Below, one piece after another: positions 31,208 through 40,700 of a stretch of DNA of 64,000 nucleotides. Position numbers and translations under genes: made by a program. The stretch comes from an uncultured delta proteobacterium. Lineage in GTDB: Bacteria; Myxococcota; Myxococcia; Myxococcales; Anaeromyxobacteraceae. Within the stretch, counting starts at the first letter, position 1; each line of letters opens with the position of its first letter. Below the pieces are notes generated by a model. That model ran no database searches. It had not been told where the DNA came from and saw only the letters and a list, made by a program, of their open reading frames with translations. The DNA is taken from assembly GCA_963845515.1 (NCBI GenBank), contig CAWJSR010000023.1, positions 128,001-192,000 of the forward strand, read 5' to 3'.

Positions 31208-31261
31208 CGTGGCGATTTGAGGCGTATTGCGGCCACGAGAAACCAAACAGCTAAAAGGCCC
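31208..31261 (+). ncRNA. SAM-II-class riboswitch
   Basis: CGTGGC-GATTTGA-GGC-GTATTGC-G-GCCACG-(A-rich)-GCTAAAA-GGCC: P1 CGTGGC/GCCACG, conserved GATTT, TTGC and GCTAAA elements, and a GGC/GCC pseudoknot pairing; sits in the leader of a sulfur amino-acid operon. Confidence 0.8.
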
Positions 31262-31320
31262 CTCGTCCTGGGCGGCGCTCGACCGAGCGGCGCACGGAGA
31301 GGGTCGGAAGGAAGTCCAAC

Positions 31321-32595
31321 ATGTACAAGTCTGCCCTGGCGGCCGTCGCCGCCCCCGGCGCGGCGTCCGATGGCCCGCGCCCCATCTCCCTCGTGTGCCG
31401 GCTCTGCGGCGAGCCGGCCGAGCCGCAGCCGGTGGCCACCTGCGAGCACTGCCTCGGTCCACTCGAGCCGGCCTACGACCCGGCGCGTCGCCTCCCTTCC
31501 AGGGCCGAGATCGAGCAGCGGCCGCGCTCGATCTGGCGCTACGCCGAGTGGCTGCCCATCCTCGGCACGCCGGTCGTCTCGCTCGACACCGGCTTCACCC
31601 CACTCTTCGAGGCTCCTGCGCTCGCGAAGGCGCTCGGGGTTCGCAAGGCGTGGGTGAAGAATGACGCCGTCTCGCACCCGACCCTCTCCTTCAAGGACCG
31701 CGTCGTGGCGGTGGCGCTCAACGCGGCGAAGGCCTTCGGCCTCGAGACCGTCGGCTGCGCGTCGACCGGGAACCTCGCCAACTCGGTGGCGGCGCACGCG
31801 GCGCGCGCCGGCCTGAAGTCCTGGATCTTCATCCCGGAAGACCTCGAGGTGGGCAAGGTGGTCGGCACCGCCGTCTACGGACCGAACCTCGTCCGGGTGA
31901 AGGGGACCTACGACGACGTGAACCGGCTCTGCGCGCAGGTGGCGGACCGGTTCGGGTGGGGGATCGTAAACGTCAACTTGCGCAGCTACTACGGCGAGGG
32001 CTCCAAGACGGTCGCCTACGAGATCGCCGAGCAGCTCGGGTGGCGGACGCCGGACGCGGTCATCGCGCCGATGGCCGGAGGCTCGCTGGTCACCAAGATC
32101 GACAAGGGCTTCCGCGACTTCGCGAAGGCCGGGCTGATCGACGGCGCGCACCCGAGGATCTACGGCGCTCAGGCGACCGGCTGCTCGCCGATCGTGGACC
32201 TGGTGCGGCGCGGCGGCGACAAGATCGAGCCGGTGATCCCGAACACGATCGCCCGCTCCATCGCCATCGGGAACCCCGCCGACGGGCGCTTCGCAGCGAA
32301 GGCCATCACCGCCTCGGGCGGCGCGGCCGCCGCGGTGACCGACGACGAGCTGGTGGCCGGGATCCGGCTGCTGGCAGAGACGACCGGGGTCTTCACGGAG
32401 ACCGCCGGCGGTGTGACCGTCGCGGCGGCCCTCAAGCTCGCCCGCGAGGGGAAGCTGAAGGCTTCGGACGAGCTGGTCCTCTGCATCACCGGCAACGGCC
32501 TCAAGACGATCGAGGCGGTCCAGCCGGCCCTCCCGGCCGCACCCGTCATCCCCCCAAAGCTGGGCGCCGTCGCGGCGCTCGTCGACGCCCGTTAG
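31321..32595 (+). CDS. thrC: Threonine synthase-like PLP enzyme (possible sulfur-carrier-dependent homocysteine synthase)
   Basis: N-terminal CxxC...CxxC, PTLSFKDR, CASTGNLA, EGSKT, CITGNGLK. Confidence 0.85.
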   Translation: MYKSALAAVAAPGAASDGPRPISLVCRLCGEPAEPQPVATCEHCLGPLEPAYDPARRLPSRAEIEQRPRSIWRYAEWLPILGTPVVSLDTGFTPLFEAPALAKALGVRKAWVKNDAVSHPTLSFKDRVVAVALNAAKAFGLETVGCASTGNLANSVAAHAARAGLKSWIFIPEDLEVGKVVGTAVYGPNLVRVKGTYDDVNRLCAQVADRFGWGIVNVNLRSYYGEGSKTVAYEIAEQLGWRTPDAVIAPMAGGSLVTKIDKGFRDFAKAGLIDGAHPRIYGAQATGCSPIVDLVRRGGDKIEPVIPNTIARSIAIGNPADGRFAAKAITASGGAAAAVTDDELVAGIRLLAETTGVFTETAGGVTVAAALKLAREGKLKASDELVLCITGNGLKTIEAVQPALPAAPVIPPKLGAVAALVDAR

Positions 32596-32613
32596 TAGAA
32601 CCAGGAGAACGCC

Positions 32614-32889
32614 ATGTCAGTCACAGTGAGAATCCCTACCGTGCTTGCCCGCGCCGCGGGCGGCAAGACCACCCACGAGGCCACCGGCGCCACCGTCGGC
32701 GAGGTGGTGAGCGCGATCGCGGCGCTCCACCCAGACCTCGGCACGAAGCTGCGTGACGCGAAGGGGGAGCCCTATCCCTACGTCGTCTTCTACCTGAACG
32801 ACGAGGACATCCGGTTCCAGAAGGGCTTCGCCACGCCCGTCGCGGACGGCGCCGAGATCGTCGTCGTCCCAGCCATCGCCGGAGGGTAG
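32614..32889 (+). CDS. MoaD/ThiS-family sulfur carrier protein (CysO-like)
   Basis: 91 aa, YLNDEDIRF, C-terminal PAIAGG. Confidence 0.9.
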   Translation: MSVTVRIPTVLARAAGGKTTHEATGATVGEVVSAIAALHPDLGTKLRDAKGEPYPYVVFYLNDEDIRFQKGFATPVADGAEIVVVPAIAGG

Positions 32890-32891
32890 CC

Positions 32892-34055
32892 ATGCCGCTC
32901 GGACGCCCTGCCGCTGAGCTGCCGAAGCTCTCGAAGGAGGAGATCCTCCGCTATGGCCGCCACCTCATCATCCCGGACGTCGGGGTCACCGGCCAGCGCA
33001 GGCTGAAGGACGCGAAGGTCCTGATGGTCGGCGCGGGCGGGCTCGGCTCTCCCATCGGCCTCTACCTGGCCGCCGCCGGCGTCGGGACGCTCGGCATAGT
33101 CGAGTTCGACATCGTCGACGAGACGAACTTGCAGCGGCAGATCCTGCACGGCACGAAGGACGTCGGGCGCAAGAAGCTCGACTCGGCCCGCGACCGGATC
33201 CACGACGTGAACCCGAACGTGAAGGTGATTGGGCACGACACGCGGTTCGACGCGAGCAACGCGCTGGAGCTCGTGCGCGACTACGACCTGGTGGTGGACG
33301 GGACCGACAACTTCGCCGCCCGGTACCTCACCAACGACGCCTGCGTGCTGCTCGGCAGGCCGAACGTCTACGGGTCGATCTTCCGGTTCGAGGGGCAGGC
33401 GTCCGTCTTCTGCACGAAGGACGGCCCGTGCTTCCGCTGCCTCCACCGTGATCCCCCGCCGCCGGGCGCCGTTCCGTCCTGCGCCGAGGGTGGCGTGCTG
33501 GGCGTGCTGCCGGGGCTCCTCGGCGTGATCCAGGCGACCGAGGCGGTGAAGCTCATCACCGGGATCGGCCAGTCGCTCATCGGCCGGTTGCTCCTGGTCG
33601 ACGCGCTCCAGATGTCCTTCAGGACCGTGAAGCTGCGCCGAGACCCGGACTGCCCGGCCTGCGGCAAGCGGACGATCACGTCGCTCGTCGAGTACACGCA
33701 ACTCTGCGGGATCGCCAGCCACGCCGACGACTCGGACGTGCCGACCATCGAGCCCGGCGAGCTGGAGCAGCGGCTCCGGCGCGGTGACCGGATCGACCTC
33801 ATCGACGTCCGCGAGCCGAACGAATGGGAGATCGGCCGGATCGACGGGGCGCGGCTCGCGCCGCTAGACGACTTCGCCGAGACGCTGGCGACGCTCGATC
33901 TCGAGCGGGACGTCGTCGTCTACTGCAAGGTGGGGGGCCGGAGCGCGAAGGCGGTGCGGCAGCTCCAGGCGGCCGGCTACAACCGGGTCTGGAACCTGGC
34001 CGGCGGGATCAACCGCTGGAGCGAGGAGATCGATCCCACGGTGCCGAGGTACTGA
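32892..34055 (+). CDS. moeZ: MoeB/MoeZ adenylyltransferase with rhodanese domain
   Basis: RYGRH, GAGGLGS, NLQRQ, DGTDNF, CFRC, CPAC, rhodanese DVREP and YCKVGGRS. Confidence 0.92.
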   Translation: MPLGRPAAELPKLSKEEILRYGRHLIIPDVGVTGQRRLKDAKVLMVGAGGLGSPIGLYLAAAGVGTLGIVEFDIVDETNLQRQILHGTKDVGRKKLDSARDRIHDVNPNVKVIGHDTRFDASNALELVRDYDLVVDGTDNFAARYLTNDACVLLGRPNVYGSIFRFEGQASVFCTKDGPCFRCLHRDPPPPGAVPSCAEGGVLGVLPGLLGVIQATEAVKLITGIGQSLIGRLLLVDALQMSFRTVKLRRDPDCPACGKRTITSLVEYTQLCGIASHADDSDVPTIEPGELEQRLRRGDRIDLIDVREPNEWEIGRIDGARLAPLDDFAETLATLDLERDVVVYCKVGGRSAKAVRQLQAAGYNRVWNLAGGINRWSEEIDPTVPRY

Positions 34056-34058
34056 CCT

Positions 34059-34529
34059 ATGAGTCCGGAGAAGCCGCAGCGCACCGCCCCGGTCGTCGAC
34101 GCCAGGGCCAGCCGCCTGGCCCAGGGCTTCACGGCCTTGCTCGTGGTCCTGGCGCTGGCCACGGGGATCTGGGAGCTCCTGGCCCTGCCCGTGGCGCACC
34201 TGGTCAGCTCGCTCGTGATCGGCAAGCGGGGCAACGCCGCGCTCGTCGCCTTCGACGCGATCCTCGCGCCGCGCCTCGGTCCGGGGGAGCTGAAGGACGC
34301 GCGCCCGCCCCGGTTCGCGAACCTGGTCGGCGCCCTCTTCCTGGCCGGCGCGATCGGCGCCCACCTCGCAGGGCTCGCCTGGCTCGGCTGGGCGCTCGCG
34401 GCGGTCGTGGCGATCCTCGCGGCCCTCGCGGCGACCACCGGCTTCTGCCTCGGCTGCAGGATCTACCTGCTCTACCGCCACGTCGCGCCCCACCTCCACC
34501 ACCGTACGGATCCGACGCACGCCGGCTGA
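34059..34529 (+). CDS. DUF4395-like membrane protein
   Basis: PPRFANLVG, GFCLGCRIY. Confidence 0.78.
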   Translation: MSPEKPQRTAPVVDARASRLAQGFTALLVVLALATGIWELLALPVAHLVSSLVIGKRGNAALVAFDAILAPRLGPGELKDARPPRFANLVGALFLAGAIGAHLAGLAWLGWALAAVVAILAALAATTGFCLGCRIYLLYRHVAPHLHHRTDPTHAG

Positions 34530-34533
34530 CCCA

Positions 34534-35490
34534 GTGAAACCTCCGACGCGCCGACTGGCGCATCCTCCGATCGAATCTCTGCTGGGCGCGGTCGGCAACA
34601 CGCCGCTCGTGCGGCTCCGCCGCATCGGCGACGGCCTGCCCGGAGTCCGGATCTACGCGAAGGCCGAGTTCATGAACCCCGGCGGCTCGGTGAAGGACCG
34701 GGCCGCGCTCCGGATGATAGAGGTCGCGCTCGCAGATGGCAGCTTCGATCCCAGCCGGACGCTCATCGACTCGACGAGCGGCAACACCGGGATCGCCTAC
34801 GCCTGGATCTGCAGGGCCCTGGGGCTGCGCTGCACCCTCGTGATGCCCGGCAACGTGAGCGCGCCGCGCAAGCAGACCGCGACGGCGTACGGCGCCCAGG
34901 TGGTCTTCTCGGATCCGCTGGAGGGGTCGGATGGAGCCATCCTCCGAGTCCGCGAGCTGATCGCCGCCGCGCCGGAGCGCTGGTTCTATCCGGACCAGTA
35001 CGCGAACCCAGAGAATCCACGCGCGCACGAGCTCGGGACGGCGGTGGAGATCGCCGAGGCGCTCGACGGCAAGGTCGCCGCCTTCGTCGCCGGGATGGGG
35101 ACGAGCGGGACGATCATGGGGACGACCCGTGGCCTCCGAAGGCTGGTCCCCGGCGTCCGCTGCCACGGCGTGGAGCCGGCCGAGCCACTCCACGGCCTGG
35201 AGGGGCTCAAGCACATGGCCACCTCCATCGTCCCCCCCATCTACGACCCGTCGCAGCTCGACTCCGTGATCTCGGTGCCGACCGCCGACGGCTGGGCCAT
35301 GGCGGACCGGCTGGGCGCTGAGGAGGGGATCTTCGTCGGCCACTCTGCCGGGGCCGCGGTCGCAGGTGCGCTCATCGTGGCCACGCAGATGGCCGAACGT
35401 GGTGAGAGCGGAAACGTCGTGACGGTCCTGCCCGATCGTGCCGACCGCTACTTCGATCCCGCCAGCTGGGAGAGGATCAGGGGGCGATGA
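34534..35490 (+). CDS. cysM: Cysteine synthase (CysM-like)
   Basis: GNTPLV, NPGGSVKDR, STSGNTGI, GMGTSGT; lies in the sulfur-carrier operon next to mec. Confidence 0.82.
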   Translation: MKPPTRRLAHPPIESLLGAVGNTPLVRLRRIGDGLPGVRIYAKAEFMNPGGSVKDRAALRMIEVALADGSFDPSRTLIDSTSGNTGIAYAWICRALGLRCTLVMPGNVSAPRKQTATAYGAQVVFSDPLEGSDGAILRVRELIAAAPERWFYPDQYANPENPRAHELGTAVEIAEALDGKVAAFVAGMGTSGTIMGTTRGLRRLVPGVRCHGVEPAEPLHGLEGLKHMATSIVPPIYDPSQLDSVISVPTADGWAMADRLGAEEGIFVGHSAGAAVAGALIVATQMAERGESGNVVTVLPDRADRYFDPASWERIRGR

Positions 35491-35933
35491 CCGCGCGCTC
35501 GTATCCCCCGGACCTCCTCGCCCGGATCTCGGCCCTCTGCGAGGGGGACCCGGAGCGCGAGGTCTGCGGCTTCGTCGTCCGAAAGGGAGAGGCGCTGGAC
35601 GTCGTCCCGGTGGAGAACGTGGCCGACAGGTACCACGAGCGCGATCCGGCGGCCTTCCCGCGGACGAGCCGCGACGGCTACCTGATGGACCCGCGCGCCC
35701 AGCTCAAGGTCCACGTGGCGCTCGCGTCGGACGGCGAGATCGTCGCCGTCTGGCACTCGCACGTCGAGGTGGGGGCCTACTTCTCGGAGAAGGACCGTGC
35801 CGACGCGCTGGTGGATGGCACCCAGGTCATCCCCGGCGCCGAGTACCTGGTCTTCGGCGTGCGCGGGGGGCGGGTGACGGAGGTGAAGCGATACCGGTTC
35901 GAGGGGGGCGCCTTCGTGGAGAGCCCGCCCTAG
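35487..35933 (+). CDS. mec: JAB/MPN (Mec-like) metalloprotease
   Basis: EVCG, WHSH, YFSEKD JAMM motif. Confidence 0.85.
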   Translation: MTARSYPPDLLARISALCEGDPEREVCGFVVRKGEALDVVPVENVADRYHERDPAAFPRTSRDGYLMDPRAQLKVHVALASDGEIVAVWHSHVEVGAYFSEKDRADALVDGTQVIPGAEYLVFGVRGGRVTEVKRYRFEGGAFVESPP

Positions 35934-36556
35934 AGCGAGAACCCGAGGCGCAACGCCACGCCGAGCTGCGTGCCTCCCAGCTCGTAGGTTCCGGTCCCGC
36001 TCCCGCTGGCCAGCGTCACCGGGACGTCCGTGCTGTTCACGTCCCAGCGCGCGAAGCCCCAGACCCCGAGCAGGAAGTTGCCCTGCTCGCCGAGGTGAAG
36101 CGCGATCCCCGGGCGCAGCCCTACGTACGCCAGCCAGTCCGAGCGGTTGGAGTCCACGATCACGTCGGGGTTGTAGAGGGCATCGCCGTACCGGTGGCCA
36201 CCCAGCTCGGCGAGCGCGTCGATCTGAAGGCTTCCCAGCATGAGGTTCAGGCCGGCGAGGGCGGCGATCGCGGTGGTGGTGTTCTCACGGCCGGGGCGCC
36301 CCACCTCGACGAGGGCACCCGCGTCGAGCATCCCAAGGCGCAGGATCCCGGTGACGCCGTACGACTGCGACGCGTCCCGCAGCTGCTGGGCGTCGGTGAA
36401 GGAGGTGCTGGAGAGGCCGCTCTTGAAGCCGACCGAGTCGTACTTGTCCACGCCGCCATGGACGGTGAGGTCGAAGCCGATACCATCGGCGAGCGCTGGA
36501 CCTGCTCCGAGGACGACTGCGAGCGCCAGGACGCTGCGAGCGACATGGGAGATCAT
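35930..36556 (-). CDS. Hypothetical secreted/outer-membrane beta-barrel protein
   Basis: Signal peptide (GPALA), alternating beta-strand pattern, ends LRLGFSL. Confidence 0.6.
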   Translation of the reverse strand: MISHVARSVLALAVVLGAGPALADGIGFDLTVHGGVDKYDSVGFKSGLSSTSFTDAQQLRDASQSYGVTGILRLGMLDAGALVEVGRPGRENTTTAIAALAGLNLMLGSLQIDALAELGGHRYGDALYNPDVIVDSNRSDWLAYVGLRPGIALHLGEQGNFLLGVWGFARWDVNSTDVPVTLASGSGTGTYELGGTQLGVALRLGFSL

Positions 36557-36773
36557 CTGCGTGCTCCTTCCGGGAGGATGTGGGTTCCGGATCGGATCCG
36601 CAGAACAGTTAAGTAGCGGCGCCCTGCCGTGCCATCGGCTACCTTGGGGCCCCTTTGCCCGGCAGCCCTTCACGGGTCGGATGCGGGTTCGCTGCATCGC
36701 GCCGGGGGCCGATTTCCGGCCCCATCCCCCCTTCGCGGCCTGTCCCCTCCATCAGCCTAGACCGGACCTCCGT

Positions 36774-36803
36774 TTGACAAGACGGCGTTCCGTTATCTAG
36801 GAT
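36774..36803 (+). promoter_or_regulatory. cysD promoter with overlapping palindromic operator
   Basis: TTGACA, 18 nt, TAGGAT with TCCGTTATCTAGGA (36789-802); nearly identical to the sir promoter. Confidence 0.72.
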
Positions 36804-36812
36804 GCGTCCGTC

Positions 36813-37826
36813 ATGGCAGACCCAAATCCAGTACCACGGCGTGCCGTGGAGTCACCACCCCCGTCCCGCACCGGTCACGGCGACGCCGCAGCGGCCCCGT
36901 CTCCGGCCACGGCTCCGGCGAGGGCCGCCGCCGGCCTCTCGCACCTCGACTGGCTCGAGGCCGAGGCGATCCACGTGCTCCGCGAGGTGGCCGGGCAGTG
37001 CGCCAACGCCGTGCTGCTCTTCTCGGGCGGCAAGGACTCGGTCTGCCTGCTGCGGCTCGCGGAGAAGGCCTTCCGCCCGGCGCGCTTCCCGTTCCCGCTC
37101 CTCCACATCGACACCGGCCACAACTACGCCGAGGTGACGGAGTTCCGCGATCGGCGAGCGGCGGAGCTCGGGGAGCGGCTCATCGTCCGGTCCCTCGAGG
37201 ACTCCATCCGGCGGGGACGGATCGTCCTCAAGAGCCCCAGCGAGCCGCGGAACAAGCACCAGTCGGTCACGCTGCTCGACGCCATCGCCGAGCACGAGTT
37301 CGACGCCTGCATCGGCGGCGCGCGGCGCGACGAGGAGAAGGCGCGGGCCAAGGAGCGTGTCTTCTCCTTCCGCGACGAGTTCGGCCAGTGGGACCCGAAG
37401 AACCAGCGGCCGGAGCTCTGGAGCCTCTACAACGCGAGGATCCACAAGGGGGAGAACATCCGCGCCTTCCCGATCTCCAACTGGACCGAGCTGGACGTCT
37501 GGCAGTACATCGCGCGCGAGCAGCTCGCGCTGCCGTCGATCTACTTCGCCCACCGGCGCGAGGTGGTCCGGCGCGGCGGCGCGCTCGTCCCGGTCACGCC
37601 ACTCACTCCTCCACGGGCGGGTGAGACCGTCGAGATCGTCTCCGTCCGCTTCCGGACCGTCGGCGACATCACCTGCACCGCCCCGGTGGAGTCGACCGCG
37701 ACGACCGTCGAGGAGATCGTCGCAGAGACGGCCACGACCACCGTCACCGAGCGGGGCGCGACGCGCCTCGACGACCAGACCTCCGAGGCCTCGATGGAGC
37801 AGCGCAAGAAGGAGGGGTACTTCTAA
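36813..37826 (+). CDS. cysD: Sulfate adenylyltransferase subunit 2
   Basis: FSGGKDS, HIDTGHN, GGARRDEEKARAKER, RFRTVGD, KKEGYF. Confidence 0.96.
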   Translation: MADPNPVPRRAVESPPPSRTGHGDAAAAPSPATAPARAAAGLSHLDWLEAEAIHVLREVAGQCANAVLLFSGGKDSVCLLRLAEKAFRPARFPFPLLHIDTGHNYAEVTEFRDRRAAELGERLIVRSLEDSIRRGRIVLKSPSEPRNKHQSVTLLDAIAEHEFDACIGGARRDEEKARAKERVFSFRDEFGQWDPKNQRPELWSLYNARIHKGENIRAFPISNWTELDVWQYIAREQLALPSIYFAHRREVVRRGGALVPVTPLTPPRAGETVEIVSVRFRTVGDITCTAPVESTATTVEEIVAETATTTVTERGATRLDDQTSEASMEQRKKEGYF

Positions 37827-39109
37827 TGGCCCAGGCCGCAACCTCGACGCCGCGCCAGGGCTCCGCCCGCGACGGCCTCCTCCGCTTCCTGACCGCCGGG
37901 AGCGTCGACGACGGGAAGAGCACGCTCATCGGGCGACTCCTCCACGACACCCGCTCGATCCTGGCCGACGCGCTCCACGCCATCGAGAAGACCTCGAAGA
38001 AGCGCGGCCACGAGGTGGTGGACCTCTCGCTCCTCACCGACGGCCTGCAGGCCGAGCGGGAGCAGGGGATCACCATCGACGTCGCCTACCGCTACTTCTC
38101 GACCGGCACCCGCAAGTTCATCATCGCGGACTCCCCTGGCCACGAGCAGTACACGCGCAACATGGTGACGGCCGCGTCGACCGCCAGCCTGGCCGTGATC
38201 CTGGTGGACGCGCGCAAGGGGGTCGTGACGCAGACGCGCCGCCACTCCTACCTCGCGCACCTCCTGGCGATTCCTCACCTCGTCGTCGCCGTGAACAAGA
38301 TGGATCTCGTCGGCTGGTCGCGCGAGACCTTCGACCGGATCGCCGCGGACTACCGCGACTTCGCGGCGAGGCTCGGGATCGGTGACGTCCGCTTCGTCCC
38401 CATCTCCGCTCTGCAGGGGGACATGGTCGTGGAGCGCGGGGCCAACCTCGGCTGGTACGAGGGGCCGACCCTCCTGGAGCTCCTCGAGGCCGCGCCCGCC
38501 GACGACGCGGAGCGCCCCGCTCGCTTCCGCTTCCCGGTCCAGTGGGTCTGCAGGCCGCAGAGCGCCGGGTTCCACGACTTCCGCGGCTACGCCGGGCGCG
38601 TCGAGTCGGGGATCGTGGCGGTGGGGGACGAGGTGCAGCACCTCCCGTCCGGCAGGACCGCGCGCGTGAAGGAGATCCGGCTGGGGGAGCGGCAGCTCGA
38701 CTCCGCAGCCAGCGAGCAGTCCGTGACGATCCTGCTCGACCGGGAGCTCGACATCTCCCGCGGTGACCTGCTCGTCCGGGCGGGCGAGGCACCGGCCCCG
38801 GCGAAGACGCTCGACGCCATCCTCTGCTGGCTCCACGAGCGGCCGCTGGAGTCCGGTCGCCGCTACCTCGTCAGGCACACCACCCGCGAGGCGAAGGCGG
38901 CGCTCGCCGGGATCGAGTGGCGGATCGACGTGAACACGCTGGAGCGCGGCGCGGCGTCGAGCCTGGCGCTCAACGACATCGCGCGAGTCTCCCTGAAGCT
39001 CGCGCAGCCGGTCTTCGCAGATCCGTACGCCGAGAACCGGGCGACGGGGGCCTTCATCGTCGTCGACGAGGCGACCAACGACACAGTCGGAGCGGGGATG
39101 ATCCTGTGA
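37826..39109 (+). CDS. cysN: Sulfate adenylyltransferase subunit 1 (GTPase)
   Basis: GSVDDGKSTLIG, EREQGITIDVAYRYF, DSPGHEQYTRNM, NKMD. Confidence 0.96.
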   Translation: MAQAATSTPRQGSARDGLLRFLTAGSVDDGKSTLIGRLLHDTRSILADALHAIEKTSKKRGHEVVDLSLLTDGLQAEREQGITIDVAYRYFSTGTRKFIIADSPGHEQYTRNMVTAASTASLAVILVDARKGVVTQTRRHSYLAHLLAIPHLVVAVNKMDLVGWSRETFDRIAADYRDFAARLGIGDVRFVPISALQGDMVVERGANLGWYEGPTLLELLEAAPADDAERPARFRFPVQWVCRPQSAGFHDFRGYAGRVESGIVAVGDEVQHLPSGRTARVKEIRLGERQLDSAASEQSVTILLDRELDISRGDLLVRAGEAPAPAKTLDAILCWLHERPLESGRRYLVRHTTREAKAALAGIEWRIDVNTLERGAASSLALNDIARVSLKLAQPVFADPYAENRATGAFIVVDEATNDTVGAGMIL

Positions 39110-39873
39110 GCGCCACCGTGACGAGAGAGCAGATTGCCCGCTGGGCGGAGGAGCTGGAGGGGCGCTCCCCCGGGGAGATCCTGGCGGCGGTGGCGCCCAG
39201 CTTCCCGGGGAGGATCTCGCTCGCGACCAGCTTCGGGCCCGAGGACAACGTGCTGCTGGAGCTCATCGCGCGGGAGAGGCTGGCGGTCGGCGCCTTCACC
39301 CTCGACACAGGCTTCCTCTTCGCCGAGACCTACGCGCTCTGGGCGAAGCTCGAGGAGCGGTACGGCCTGAAGGTCACGGCCGTGACCTCCGACGCGCCGC
39401 GCACGGTCGAGCCGGGGAAGGCGCCGCCGTGGCAGGCCGATCCCGATGGCTGCTGCGACGCCCGCAAGGTGCGGCCGCTCCGCGCCGCGCTGGCGACGCT
39501 GGACGCGTGGGTCACCGGGATCCGGCGCGACCAGACGCCTGAGCGGGCCAACGCCAGGGTGGTCGAGTGGGATGCCCGCTTCGGCCTCGTGAAGGTGAAC
39601 CCGCTCGCCGCCTGGACGAGCGACGACGTCTGGTCTCATCTCAAGCGGCTCGAGATCCCCTTCAACCCGCTGCACGAGCAGGGGTTCTCCAGCATCGGCT
39701 GCGCTCCCTGCACGACCCCCGTGATGCCGGGCGAGGATCCCCGCTCCGGCCGCTGGCGTGGGCGGGAGAAGACGGAGTGCGGGCTTCATCTGAGAGCGGC
39801 CCCCTCACCCAGCCTCTCCCCCGCGGGAGCGGGGGAGAGGGACGACGGCCTTGGGGAAGGCGACCAGCGATGA
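39106..39873 (+). CDS. cysH: APS reductase (Fe-S type CysH)
   Basis: LDTG, CCDARKV, SIGCAPCT, RSGRW, ECGLH. Confidence 0.93.
   Translation: MSATVTREQIARWAEELEGRSPGEILAAVAPSFPGRISLATSFGPEDNVLLELIARERLAVGAFTLDTGFLFAETYALWAKLEERYGLKVTAVTSDAPRTVEPGKAPPWQADPDGCCDARKVRPLRAALATLDAWVTGIRRDQTPERANARVVEWDARFGLVKVNPLAAWTSDDVWSHLKRLEIPFNPLHEQGFSSIGCAPCTTPVMPGEDPRSGRWRGREKTECGLHLRAAPSPSLSPAGAGERDDGLGEGDQR
39800..39841 (+). repeat. 42-bp REP-like hairpin repeat in the cysH 3' end
   Basis: CCCCCTCACCCAGCCTCTCCCCCGC-GGGA-GCGGGGGAGAGGG, identical to 40755-40796. Confidence 0.85.
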
Positions 39874-40700
39874 CCGCGCGCTCGCGGGGCGTCCTGCCCG
39901 GCTTCGGCCTCTCGACCGGCTTCACGATCCTCTACCTGAGCCTCGTGGTCCTCCTGCCGCTCTCGACGCTGGCCTTCCGGGCCAGCGGTGCCGGCTGGGA
40001 CCACGCGCTCGCGGTCGCGGCCTCGTCGCGCGCGTTCGCCTCCTACCGGCTCAGCTTCGGCGCCTCCTTCGTCGCGGCGGCGGCCAACGTCCTCTTCGGC
40101 GTGCTGGTCGCCTGGGTGCTGGCGCGCTACCGGTTCCCCGGGCGGAGCCTCATCGACGGCGTCGTCGACCTTCCCTTCGCGCTGCCGACAGCCGTGAGCG
40201 GCATCGCCCTGACGGCCGTCTACGCGCAGAACGGGTGGATCGGGCGCCATCTCGACAGGCTGGGGATCAAGGCCACCTTCTCGCCGCTGGGCGTAGTCAT
40301 CGCCCTCACCTTCATCGGCCTCCCCTTCGTCATCCGGACGGTCCAGCCGGTGCTGGAGGACCTCGACCCCGAGCTGGAGGAGGCGGCGGCGGTGCTCGGC
40401 GCGTCGCGCTGGCAGACCTTCCGGCGCGTGATCCTGCCGGCGATCGTCCCAGCGGCGCTCACCGGCTTCACGCTCGCCTTCGCGCGGGCGCTCGGCGAGT
40501 ACGGCTCGGTCGTCTTCATCTCCGGGAACATGCCGGCGCGGACCGAGATCGCGCCGCTCCTGATCATGACGAGGCTGGAACAGTTCGACTACGAGGGGGC
40601 CGCAGTCATCGCGACGGTGCTCCTCGCCGCCTCCTTCGTGCTCCTCTTCTCCATCAACCGGCTGCAGGCCTGGACGCGGGCCAGGACGGGCAGGGCATGA
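39870..40700 (+). CDS. cysT: Sulfate ABC permease CysT (CysU)
   Basis: DLPFALPTAVSGIAL, LPFVIRTVQPVL, GEYGSVVFISGN. Confidence 0.94.
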   Translation: MTARSRGVLPGFGLSTGFTILYLSLVVLLPLSTLAFRASGAGWDHALAVAASSRAFASYRLSFGASFVAAAANVLFGVLVAWVLARYRFPGRSLIDGVVDLPFALPTAVSGIALTAVYAQNGWIGRHLDRLGIKATFSPLGVVIALTFIGLPFVIRTVQPVLEDLDPELEEAAAVLGASRWQTFRRVILPAIVPAALTGFTLAFARALGEYGSVVFISGNMPARTEIAPLLIMTRLEQFDYEGAAVIATVLLAASFVLLFSINRLQAWTRARTGRA

